Source: an uncultured Bacillota bacterium
Lineage (GTDB): Bacteria > Bacillota > Dehalobacteriia > UBA7702
Assembly: GCA_902796855.1 (NCBI GenBank)
Contig: CADBQN010000036.1
Coordinates: 4,878-68,877, forward strand
Direction of reading: 5' to 3'
Length of the DNA: 64,000 nt
The notes beneath the pieces are model-generated. The model was not told the origin of the DNA and did no database searches. It was given only the letters and a program-made list of their open reading frames with translations. Positions 27,102-36,300 of the stretch are shown one piece after another (position 1 is the first letter of the stretch; every line of letters begins with the position of its first letter). The translations under genes and the position numbers were made by a program.

Positions 27102-28154
27102 ATGAAAGATAAAGTCCTGATGAAAGGGAACGAAGCCATCGCCGAAGCCGCCATCATGGCCGGCTGCCGTCATTACTTCGGTTATCCCATCACCCCCCAG
27201 ACAGAAGTCGCCGCCTATATGGCGAAGAGAATGCCGAAGATCGGCGGCACGTTCCTCCAGGCGGAATCGGAAATCTCCGCCGTCAATATGGTCATCGGCG
27301 CCGCCGCCGCCGGCGTCCGGGCCATGACCTCCAGCTCCAGCCCGGGGATCTCCTTAAAGAGCGAAGGCCTCTCCTATATGGCCGGCTGCGAACTGCCGGC
27401 GCTCATCGTCAATGTCCAGCGCGGCGGCCCCGGTCTCGGCGGGATCCAGCCCTCCCAGTCCGACTATTTCCAGGCCACCCGCGGCGGCGGCCACGGCGAT
27501 TACCACATGCTGGTGCTGGCCCCCGGTTCCGTGCAGGAAATGGCCGATATGACCGTCAAAGGCTTTGAACTGGCCGAGACCTACCGCATGCCCTGCATGC
27601 TCCTGGCCGACGGCACCATGGGCCAGATGATGGAACCCGTCGTTCTCGATGTGGACGACGTGAAGACCGTGGCGAAGCCCTGGGCCGTGACGGGCACGAA
27701 ATGCGAACGGGAACACAACGTCGTCAATTCCCTTTCCCTCGTCCCCGAGGAACTGGAAAAATGGAACCTCGCCCGCTATGAGCGCTACGCTTATATTGAG
27801 GAAAACGAGACCCGCGCCGAGGAATTCATGACCGACGACGCCGACATCATCGTCGTCGCTTTCGGCATCGCCGCCCGCGTTTCCAAAAACGCCGTCGTTG
27901 CCGCCAGAAAGGAAGGCGTGAAAGTCGGCCTGATCCGTCCCATCAGCCTCTGGCCCTTCCCCAAAAAGAACCTTGCCCGCGCCGCGGAACACGCCAAACA
28001 CTTCATCTCCGTGGAACTCTCCATGGGTCAGATGATCGAAGACGTGGAACTGGCCATCCGCTGCTCCCGCCCGGTTTCCCTTGTGAAACGCGTCGGCGGC
28101 GTCATTCCCTCCCCCGAGGAAGTGCTGGAAGCCATCAAAAAGGTTCAACTGTAA
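27102..28154 (+). CDS. 2-oxoacid:ferredoxin oxidoreductase alpha subunit (KorA/VorB-type)
   Basis: 350 aa. Conserved PFOR domains I/II are visible (GNEAIAEAAIMAGCRHYFGYPITPQTEV...). Subunit order is delta-alpha-beta-gamma. Confidence 0.9.
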   Translation: MKDKVLMKGNEAIAEAAIMAGCRHYFGYPITPQTEVAAYMAKRMPKIGGTFLQAESEISAVNMVIGAAAAGVRAMTSSSSPGISLKSEGLSYMAGCELPALIVNVQRGGPGLGGIQPSQSDYFQATRGGGHGDYHMLVLAPGSVQEMADMTVKGFELAETYRMPCMLLADGTMGQMMEPVVLDVDDVKTVAKPWAVTGTKCEREHNVVNSLSLVPEELEKWNLARYERYAYIEENETRAEEFMTDDADIIVVAFGIAARVSKNAVVAARKEGVKVGLIRPISLWPFPKKNLARAAEHAKHFISVELSMGQMIEDVELAIRCSRPVSLVKRVGGVIPSPEEVLEAIKKVQL

Positions 28155-28169
28155 GGAGGTACCGGAAAA

Positions 28170-28922
28170 ATGACAGTCGTATTTGAAAAACCGAAATCTC
28201 TTACCGATAACGAGCTCCACTATTGCCCCGGCTGCACCCATGGGATCATCCATCGTCTCGTCGCCGAAACCATCGACGAGCTGGGCATCGAAGGCAAAAC
28301 CATCGGCATCGCCTCCGTCGGCTGCTCCGTTCTGACGTATAATTACTTCACCACCGATATGGTGCAGGCGGCCCACGGCCGCGCCCCCGCCGTGGCCACC
28401 GGCGTGAAACGGGCCAACCCCGAAAACATCGTCTTCACCTATCAGGGCGACGGCGATCTCGCCGCCATCGGCACCGCCGAAACGGTGCACAGCGCCGCCC
28501 GCGGTGAAAACATCACCGTCATTTTCGTCAACAACGCCATTTACGGCATGACCGGCGGCCAGATGGCCCCGACGACGCTGCCGGGCCAGGTCACCCAGAC
28601 CTCCCCCTACGGCCGCGACGTCAAGACCGTCGGCTATCCGCTCCGCGTCTGCGAAATGCTGTCGGAACTGGACGGCCCCGCCTATCTGGAACGGGTCGCC
28701 GTCAACGACGTGAAGAGCGTCCGCAAGGCGAAAAAGGCCATCAAAAAGGCGTTCACCTATCAGACGGAAGGCAAAGGCTTTTCCCTCATCGAGATCCTTT
28801 CCACCTGCCCCACCAACTGGGGCATGACGCCGCTGGACGCCGCCAAATGGCTGGAAGAAAACATGAAGCCCTACTATCCCCTGGGCGTTTTCAAAGATAA
28901 ATACGCGAAGGAGGGTGAATGA
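28170..28922 (+). CDS. 2-oxoacid:ferredoxin oxidoreductase beta subunit (TPP-binding)
   Basis: TPP motif: GDGDLAAIGTAETVHSAARGENITVIFVNNAIYGMTGGQ. Confidence 0.9.
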   Translation: MTVVFEKPKSLTDNELHYCPGCTHGIIHRLVAETIDELGIEGKTIGIASVGCSVLTYNYFTTDMVQAAHGRAPAVATGVKRANPENIVFTYQGDGDLAAIGTAETVHSAARGENITVIFVNNAIYGMTGGQMAPTTLPGQVTQTSPYGRDVKTVGYPLRVCEMLSELDGPAYLERVAVNDVKSVRKAKKAIKKAFTYQTEGKGFSLIEILSTCPTNWGMTPLDAAKWLEENMKPYYPLGVFKDKYAKEGE

Positions 28923-28923
28923 T

Positions 28924-29457
28924 ATGGCAGCGACACAGATTCTCTTTGCCGGTTTCGGCGGACAGGGCATCCTGTTCTCCGGGAAGTTCCTGGCCTACGA
29001 AGGCCTCTTGGAAGACCGCCAGGTCAGCTGGCTGCCGTCTTACGGCCCGGAAATGCGCGGCGGCACCGCCAACTGCAGCGTCATTTTGAGCGACGACCCC
29101 ATCGGCAGCCCCATCGTTTCCTATCCCGATATCCTCATCGCGATGAACCTGCCTTCCTACGATAAATACGAACCCGCCGTCAACAATGACGGTTTTGCCT
29201 TTGTCGATTCCTCCCTGATCCACCGGGAAGCGAAGCGGGACGACATCCGCACGATTTATGTCCCCGCCACCCAGCTCGCCGACGACAACGGCCTCCAGGG
29301 GCTGGCCAACATGGTGATGGTGGGCAAGGTCATCAAGGAAACGAACATCATCCCCTTTGAAAACATCGACCGGGCGCTGGAAAAAGTCATTTCCGCCCGC
29401 CATCAGAACCTGGCCGAAGCGAACCGCAAAGCGCTGGCGCTGGGATACGGTCTGTAA
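28924..29457 (+). CDS. 2-oxoacid:ferredoxin oxidoreductase gamma subunit
   Basis: ILFAGFGGQGILFSGKFLA is the gamma-subunit motif. The start is coupled to the beta stop (GGAGGGTGAATGATATG). Confidence 0.85.
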   Translation: MAATQILFAGFGGQGILFSGKFLAYEGLLEDRQVSWLPSYGPEMRGGTANCSVILSDDPIGSPIVSYPDILIAMNLPSYDKYEPAVNNDGFAFVDSSLIHREAKRDDIRTIYVPATQLADDNGLQGLANMVMVGKVIKETNIIPFENIDRALEKVISARHQNLAEANRKALALGYGL

Positions 29458-29504
29458 CGGCCCCGCCGCTTGAAACGGAACTCAACGAGAAGGATTGACA
29501 GCAC

Positions 29505-30293
29505 ATGAAACTGATTGACGCTCATTGTCATATTTTCCCCGATAAGATCGCGCAGAAAGCGTCGCAGGCCATCGGCGATTTTTACGATATTCCGATGTAT
29601 TCCCCGGCGGCGTCCCTGGCGCTGCTGGAAAGCGGCGCCAAGATCGGCACCGATCTCTTTATGGTCAGCTCCGCGGCGACCATTCCCGAACAGGTCCATT
29701 CCATCAACGATTTCATCTCCAGCCAGTGCCGGCGCCACCGTCAGTTCTTCGGTCTCGCCGCCATGCACTATCAGATCCCCGATATCGAGGAAGAGCTGGA
29801 CCGCGCCGTTGCCCTGGGGCTCCACGGCGTTAAATTCCACAACGATTTTCAGCGCTACGATATCGACGAGGCCGGGGCAATGGATATGTACCGGGCCATC
29901 GCCAAACGGGGACTGCCGGTGCTCTTCCACATGGGCGACGATCACCGCAAGCACACCACGGCGGCGCAGCTGAAACACGTCATGGAGGAAGTCCCCGACC
30001 TGAAGGTCATCGCCGCCCATTTCGGCGGCTACCGCGCCTGGGACGAGACCTTTATCCTGCCGAAGTCGGAAAACCTGCGTTTCGATACCTCCAGCACGCT
30101 CTGGACCATCGATTACGATCTGGCCCACCGCATCATCGACCATTTCGGCGTCGACAAGTTCTTCTTCGGCACCGATTTCCCGATGTGGAACCCCGAGGAA
30201 GAAATGGAGCGTTTCAAAAAATTGGCTCTTTCCGCCGAGGAGGAAGATATGATCTTCCACCGGAACTTCGAGGAGTTCTTCGGTCTTTTCTGA
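29505..30293 (+). CDS. Amidohydrolase-2 (TIM-barrel metal-dependent hydrolase) family protein
   Basis: MKLIDAHCHIF... (the HxH metal site at the N-terminus) and ...FHMGDDHRK...AAHFGG. Confidence 0.8.
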   Translation: MKLIDAHCHIFPDKIAQKASQAIGDFYDIPMYSPAASLALLESGAKIGTDLFMVSSAATIPEQVHSINDFISSQCRRHRQFFGLAAMHYQIPDIEEELDRAVALGLHGVKFHNDFQRYDIDEAGAMDMYRAIAKRGLPVLFHMGDDHRKHTTAAQLKHVMEEVPDLKVIAAHFGGYRAWDETFILPKSENLRFDTSSTLWTIDYDLAHRIIDHFGVDKFFFGTDFPMWNPEEEMERFKKLALSAEEEDMIFHRNFEEFFGLF

Positions 30294-30301
30294 AAAGGAC
30301 G

Positions 30302-30356
30302 GGGCCGCGCGAAACCACAGTTTTGCTGTCGGTTTTCGCGCGGCCCTGTTTTTTTA
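30302..30356 (+). terminator. Rho-independent terminator
   Basis: gggccgcgcgaaa ... ttttcgcgcggccc followed by tgttttttta. Confidence 0.65.
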
Positions 30357-30550
30357 TTTCGCTCCCGCCGCCGCGGCGCCCCGGCGCGCCGCCCGGGACC
30401 GACAGACGCGGTTCGGAAAGCGCGGCGTGTTTTGGCGAAACGGCCCCGAAAAAAACAAAAAAACGCCGAAAAACGGGCCGCCTGTTTCTTTTTGTTGTGG
30501 GAAACGGGGATTTTTGGTATAATAATGCGTAGCAAAAGGAGGGAAAAACC

Positions 30551-31720
30551 ATGAAACGCGGATTACTTTTTCTCGCGGCGGCACTGCTGGTCCTGATCTC
30601 GGTGACGTCGCCGCTGGCGGCGGCGGAAACGGTGAGCCCCGCCGCGCTGCCGTCGTCGCTGGATGATTTTTTGCAGCAGTACCAGTGGGGACAGGAGGAA
30701 TACGACGCCTCGTCGCCGCTGACGGGGGAAAACGTCCTGACCCGGATCGTCAGCCACGGCTGCTGTGTCAACGTGAGGCTTTACCCCGGCGCGATGCCGC
30801 GGGAGTATTGGAACAAGCGGGATCCCCGGGGCTATTGGAATTCCTACGAGGCCTTCGACGTCGCCCAGGTCAACTGGATCGCCAAAAATATTTTTAACCT
30901 CAGCGACGGCGATATCGAGACTCTCACCGCCAAAGCCGAGGCCGAGGGCTTTTTCTACCGTTCCGGTTCTTCCTATCTTACCCAGCTCGGCGGCGTCGGC
31001 GGCCCCGGCTATGTACTCACCTACCGGCTGGCCCGGATCGAGGACGGGAAGTATCACCTCATCTACAACGCCGCCATTGAAGGCTATCCCTCCTATAACG
31101 ACACCTATTACGCCGTGCTGAGCCGAAAGACCGTGGACGGCGGAACGTACTGGTCGCTGTATAAGCACAGCCGGACGATCCCGGCGGATTTTCCCGGCAC
31201 GCCTTTTGCCGACGTGAGCGAAAAGGATTACTTCGGCGCCGCGGTGGAATGGGCCGTGGAGAAGGGCATCACCTCCGGGACGGGCGCGACATCGTTTTCG
31301 CCGAACGCGAACTGCACCCGGGCGCAGATGGTGACGTTCCTCTGGCGGGCCATGGGCCGTCCCGCGGTCTCTCTGACGACGCCCTTCCGTGACGTGCCGA
31401 AAAACGAGTATTACAGCGCCGCGGTGGCCTGGGCGGCGCGGAACGGCATTACCGCCGGGACGACGGCGACGACGTTCTCCCCGAACAAAACGGTGAGCCG
31501 GGCCGAGGCCGTGACGTTCCTCTGGCGGGCCATGGGCAGCCCCCCGGTCTCCCTGACGACGCCCTTCCGTGACGTGCCGAAAGACGCGTATTACAGCGCC
31601 GCCGTGGCCTGGGCGGCCCGGGACGGCATTACCGCCGGGACGACGGCGGCGACGTTCTCGCCGCGGGATCCCTGCAAACGGTGTCAGATCGTGACCTTCC
31701 TCTGGCGCTGTCTGAAGTAA
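30551..31720 (+). CDS. Secreted protein with an N-terminal uncharacterised domain and three C-terminal SLH repeats
   Basis: Signal peptide MKRGLLFLAAALLVLISVTSPLAAAE. Three ~60-aa repeats of the form FRDVPKNEYYSAAVAWAARNGITAGTTATTFSPNKTVSRAEAVTFLWRAMGSP. Confidence 0.85.
   Translation: MKRGLLFLAAALLVLISVTSPLAAAETVSPAALPSSLDDFLQQYQWGQEEYDASSPLTGENVLTRIVSHGCCVNVRLYPGAMPREYWNKRDPRGYWNSYEAFDVAQVNWIAKNIFNLSDGDIETLTAKAEAEGFFYRSGSSYLTQLGGVGGPGYVLTYRLARIEDGKYHLIYNAAIEGYPSYNDTYYAVLSRKTVDGGTYWSLYKHSRTIPADFPGTPFADVSEKDYFGAAVEWAVEKGITSGTGATSFSPNANCTRAQMVTFLWRAMGRPAVSLTTPFRDVPKNEYYSAAVAWAARNGITAGTTATTFSPNKTVSRAEAVTFLWRAMGSPPVSLTTPFRDVPKDAYYSAAVAWAARDGITAGTTAATFSPRDPCKRCQIVTFLWRCLK
31200..31720 (+). repeat. 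Near-identical ~180-bp tandem repeats encoding the SLH modules
   Basis: cccttccgtgacgtgccgaaa[a/g]acg[a/c]gtattacagcgccgc[g/c]gtggcctgggcggc... occurs at ~31381 and ~31561, with a more diverged copy at ~31200. Confidence 0.6.
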
Positions 31721-31817
31721 ACGCCCGTGACGAAAAGCCGCGTTCGCGGTGATTTATGAGGTTTGCCGATTTCAGCCCGGTGACATCCTGGAATATCAAA
31801 AAGAAGAGTGAACGCGA

Positions 31818-31856
31818 AAAAGCGGCCGACGCGGGAAGCTGTCGGCCGCTTTTCAG
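31818..31856. terminator. Bidirectional terminator between convergent genes
   Basis: aaaagcggccgacgcgggaagctgtcggccgcttttcagtgttttt. Confidence 0.6.
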
Positions 31857-31874
31857 TGTTTTTGACGGGATATG

Positions 31875-32480
31875 TTACGCGCCTTCCCTTTCGGCGCGTA
31901 TTTTTTTTCGGTTCCTTCCCCTGCAGATCAGCTGGGTCATCGTGCCCATGGGGCAAAAGACGCACCAAGAGCGCGGTTTAAAGAGGACCATCACGATGAG
32001 GCCGATCAGCGTGGAAGTCAGCATGATGCCGTAAAAGCCGAAGGCGAACTGCGGCACCCAGGCGGCGGCGATGGCGTCGCCGTGATACGCCCAGTGCCAC
32101 GGCACTTTGAACGTCCAGAAGAGCTTCACCGTCTGATGCAGATCGGCGCCGGCAAAGACGAGATAGGTGTTCCAGAGCATCTGGAAAAACATGATGAAAA
32201 AGAAGATGAGGAAGCCGTAACGGAATCCCTTCGCTTTCAGCCAGCGGGGCATATCCTTTTTGCGGGAAAGGCCGAACCTGCCGCCGAGCAGGGAAAAGAA
32301 CTGTCCCCGGTCGCAGTAGCGGTTGCAGAAGGCCTTGCTGCCGCCGATGATGGCGATGAGCAGCGGCAGAAAGAAGCTGATCAGCCCCAGCCAGGCGAAC
32401 ATGATGTTGAAAAAGCCCAACGTAAAGTAGACGATGGTGCAGATCCACAGATAATCGTACCAATGCTTTCGCTGTGTCAC
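31875..32480 (-). CDS. Integral-membrane 4Fe-4S-binding protein (polyferredoxin-like, CxxxC...CxxCP motifs)
   Basis: CNRYCDRG and WCVFCPMGT motifs sit between TM helices. A probable GTG start overlaps the upstream ferredoxin stop (GTGA). A longer 5' extension in the ORF track would overlap the ferredoxin gene. Confidence 0.65.
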   Translation of the reverse strand: MTQRKHWYDYLWICTIVYFTLGFFNIMFAWLGLISFFLPLLIAIIGGSKAFCNRYCDRGQFFSLLGGRFGLSRKKDMPRWLKAKGFRYGFLIFFFIMFFQMLWNTYLVFAGADLHQTVKLFWTFKVPWHWAYHGDAIAAAWVPQFAFGFYGIMLTSTLIGLIVMVLFKPRSWCVFCPMGTMTQLICRGRNRKKIRAEREGA

Positions 32481-32674
32481 GCGGTCCTCACCTCCAGACG
32501 GATCAGGGACGCCGGGCATTCCCGGGCGCATTTGCCGCAGCCGACGCAGCGCGCGCCGTCCACTTTGGCGTAAACGCCGAAGGCGACGGCGATGGCTTCC
32601 TTGGGACACACCTTTTTGCAGCACCCGCAGGCGACGCAGTTGGCGATGTCCACAACAGCGTGTTTTTTTGACAT
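32477..32674 (-). CDS. Small 2x[4Fe-4S] ferredoxin
   Basis: CVACGCCKKVCP ... CVGCGKCARECP. Confidence 0.8.
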   Translation of the reverse strand: MSKKHAVVDIANCVACGCCKKVCPKEAIAVAFGVYAKVDGARCVGCGKCARECPASLIRLEVRTA

Positions 32675-32687
32675 GTGTCTCTCCTGT

Positions 32688-33368
32688 TTAATACCGTTTG
32701 ACCGGGATCCCCGAGGCGGCCTCAAAGTGGCGGGCGACGATGCCGAGATCGACGTCGCTGAAAAAACCGCCGGTGGCTTTGACGTGGACGGTGCCGTCCT
32801 CTTCCAGCAAAAAGCGGAATTTCTGCTGATTCACGGCGGTGGGCGCCAGCAGCGCCGCCTCGATGCCGTCGCGGAAAGCGTCGCTGACCTCACCGCCGAT
32901 ATCGGTGACGTCTTTGAAGGATTTGCTCTTGTGGGGACGTCCCGGTTCCTCACCGTAGCCGACGGCGATGACGCAGACGAGCTTTTCGCCGCGCTTTATC
33001 TTTACGGGGCTCTTCCGCTTGCTGTAGGTGAGCCCGACCCAGCAGGTGCCGAGGCCGAGGAGCTGAGCCTTTAAAACGACCCGTTCCCCGCCGTAACCGG
33101 CGTCCTCGTTGAGGTGGGGTCGCCGTTTGCCGATGACGGCGATGTAGTTTTTGACGTTGCGGAATTTGCCGTATTTCGCCATGCGGCCGGCAAAGGCCTT
33201 CGGCTCATTGAGAACGAGCGCCATGCGGAGGCCGCATTCCTCGTTGGCGGCTTCGATTTCCCGGCGGAGCGACGCGGCGACGTTCTCCCCGATGGGGCGG
33301 TCGCTGTAGCTCCGCACCGAGTGACGGCCGCGGATGGCCGCCATCATTTCCTCACGTTTTACAGCCAT
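32688..33368 (-). CDS. Nitroreductase-family (FMN-dependent) protein
   Basis: N-terminal AIRGRHSVRSY motif; 226 aa; AGAGGGG RBS. Confidence 0.8.
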   Translation of the reverse strand: MAVKREEMMAAIRGRHSVRSYSDRPIGENVAASLRREIEAANEECGLRMALVLNEPKAFAGRMAKYGKFRNVKNYIAVIGKRRPHLNEDAGYGGERVVLKAQLLGLGTCWVGLTYSKRKSPVKIKRGEKLVCVIAVGYGEEPGRPHKSKSFKDVTDIGGEVSDAFRDGIEAALLAPTAVNQQKFRFLLEEDGTVHVKATGGFFSDVDLGIVARHFEAASGIPVKRY

Positions 33369-33387
33369 GGAACGAAAACACCCCTCT

Positions 33388-36300
33388 TTACAGTTCGATG
33401 ATGCCTTCGTAATCCTTTTTGGCGTCGCCGGTCATGAAGACGCCGTCGTCGGTGTAGCGGATCACGAGGTCGCCGCCTTTGAGTTTAACGGTGATGTCGG
33501 CGTTCTTTTCGCAGTAGCCGTTGGCGACGGCGGCCACCGCCGCGGCGCAGGCGCCGCTGCCGCAGGAGAGGGTCTCGCCGCTCCCCCGTTCCCAAACGCG
33601 CATTCTCAGCTTGTTTTTGCCGAGGACGGAGACGAATTCGGTATTGACCCGTTCCGGGAAGATCGGGGCGTGCTCAAAGCCGGGGCCAATCCGCCTCAGG
33701 TCGAGGCTGTGGATGTCGTCGAGGAAGACGACGCAGTGGGGGTTCCCCATGGAGACGCAGGTGATGTCGTATTTTTTGCCGTCGATCACGGCGCTCTGGC
33801 CGATGACGCCGTTTCCTTTTTCCGGTTTCAGGAGCACCGGCACGGCGATGGGGTCAAAAACGGCTTTGCCCATGTCCACGGTGGCGCTGTCCACTTCGCC
33901 GTCTCTGGGGTAGAGGCGGACGTTCCGGGGGCCGCTGGCCGTTTCAATGACCATGTCCCGCTTTCTGACGACGCCGCTTTCGTAGAGATATTTCGCGACG
34001 CAGCGCAGGGCGTTGCCGCAGATCATCCCTTCGGTGCCGTCGGTGTTGTACTGGGTCATTTTGGCGTCGCAGCTGTCGGAAACGGAGATCAGGATCAGAC
34101 CGTCGCTGCCGATGCCGGTCCGGCGGTTGGACAAAGCCACCGCCACCGATTCCGGCGCCGTGATTTCTCTGTCGAAGCAGTCGAAGTAGAGGTAGTCGTT
34201 GTTGCAGGCCCGCATTTTAAGGAAGGGCACTTTCGTCCGTTCCCGGCGGAGCTCATTGATGTTGACCAGCTCCATCGTCTGCTGGGAATAGCGGCTGTTG
34301 AGGCTGTCGATGAGGGCGTCGGCGGTGTCCATCGAGGTCAGGCAGGGAATGGCCCGTTCCACGGCTTTGCGGCGGATCTTCACGCTGTCCCTGGCCGGCA
34401 GGCGGCCCTTTTTGGAGGTGGAGATCACGTATTGGATTTTGCCGCTTTCCAGCAGTTCCATCAATCCTTCGCCCTCGCTGATCTTCGGCACGGTGGTAAC
34501 GTCCATGCCGGCGTTGAACAGCGCCCGGGCCGTGCCCTTGGTGGCGTAGAGGGAGAAGCCGCTTTCGTAGAACTTCCGGGCGACATCCACCATTTCGCCT
34601 TTGTCGCTGTTCTTCACGGTGATGAAGACGCCGCCGCCTTTATCCATACGGTAGTTGGCGGCCACAAGGCCCTTGTACAGCGCTTCCGTCAGGGTGCGGC
34701 CGATGCCCAGGACCTCCCCGGTGGATTTCATTTCCGGCCCCAGCTGGGTGTCGAGACCGGAGAGCTTTTCAAAGGAAAAGACCGGCACTTTGACGGCAAA
34801 GTAGGGAACGGAGCGGAAAAGACCGGTGCCGTAACCCATGTCTTTGATCTTTTCGCCGAGCATCGCCCTGGTGGCGATGTCGACGACGGGCAGGCCGGTA
34901 ACTTTGGAGATGTACGGCACCGTCCGGGAGGAACGGGGGTTGGCCTCGATGACGTAGATCTCGTTGCCGTAGATGACGTATTGGATGTTGAGGAGCCCCA
35001 TGGTATGGAGGCTCTTGGCGATCTTTTCCGAGGCGGCGATGAGCTGCTCCGTCAGCGCCCCGGTGAGGTTGAAGGCCGGATAGGCGGCGATGGAGTCGCC
35101 GGAGTGGACCCCGGCGCGCTCAATATGTTCCATGATGCCGGGAACGAGGATATCCTCGCCGTCGGAGATGATGTCCACTTCCACTTCTACGCCCATCAGA
35201 TAGGCGTCGATGAGGACGGGGTTTTCGATGCCCTGCGCCAAAATGATGCCCATATACTCGGTGACGTCCTCGTCGTTGAAGGCGATGATCATGTTCTGAC
35301 CGCCCAGCACGTAGGAGGGGCGCAGCAGCACCGGATAACCGAGGCGTTCCGCGGCGGCGAGGGCTTCCTCGGCGGTCATCACCGTTTCGCCTTTGGGGCG
35401 TTTGATGCCGTGTTCCTCGAGGATGGCGTCGAACCGTTCCCGGTCCTCGGCGATGTCGATGCTGTCCGCCTGGGTGCCGAGGATGTTCTCGCCCCGTTCG
35501 TCCAGATATTTCGTGAGCTTGATGGCGGTCTGGCCGCCGAAGGCGACGCCGACGCCCCAGGGTTTTTCCGTATCGAGGATGTGGCCGACGTCCTCGGGGG
35601 TGAGGGCCTCAAAATAGAGGCGGTCGGCGGTGTTGAAGTCGGTGGAGACCGTTTCCGGGTTGTTGTTGACGAGGACGACCTCGAACCCGGCTTCTTTCAG
35701 CGTCCAGACGCAGTGGACCGAGGCGTAGTCGAACTCGATCCCCTGACCGATGCGGATCGGCCCGGAACCGAAGACGACGATCTTCTTTTTGCCGGTGGAG
35801 TGTTCGGCGATGAACTCTTCCGCTTCGTTTTCCGTGTCGAAGGTGCTGTAGAAATAGGGGGTCTCCGCGGCGAATTCCCCGGCGCAGGTGTCCACCATCT
35901 TATAGACGGCGTGGGCCGGGGCGCTGATCTTCTGCCCGGAAAGCGATTCAATGGTCTCGTCGAGGAAACCGGCTTTTTTGGCGGCGAGGTAGCGCTCGGG
36001 AGTAAGCTCCCCTTGGGTCAGATCCCGTTCCATATCGGCGAGTTTTTTGATCTTCGTCAGAAACCAGACGTCCATCTGGTTCCAGCTGTTGATTTCCTCG
36101 GGGGAAACACCGCGTTTCAGCGCTTCGTAGATGGCGAAGAGCCGTTCGTCGGTGGCTTCGGCGGCGGCTTCCTTCAGCGCCGCGTCGTCGTAAGCGGCCA
36201 TTTTCTCCATGGAGAGGGTCTTGAGGCCGATTTCCGCGCCGCGGATCGACTTCATCAGCGCCTGCTCAAAGGTGGGGGCGATGGCCATGACTTCCCCGGT

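Noticed and set aside
31875-32624. The longer 249-aa version of the membrane FeS protein starting at 32624.
   Set aside because: The extra 48 residues are Arg-rich and non-hydrophobic. They would overlap the ferredoxin gene by ~150 nt. A GTG at 32480 overlapping the ferredoxin stop gives a compact, coupled arrangement.
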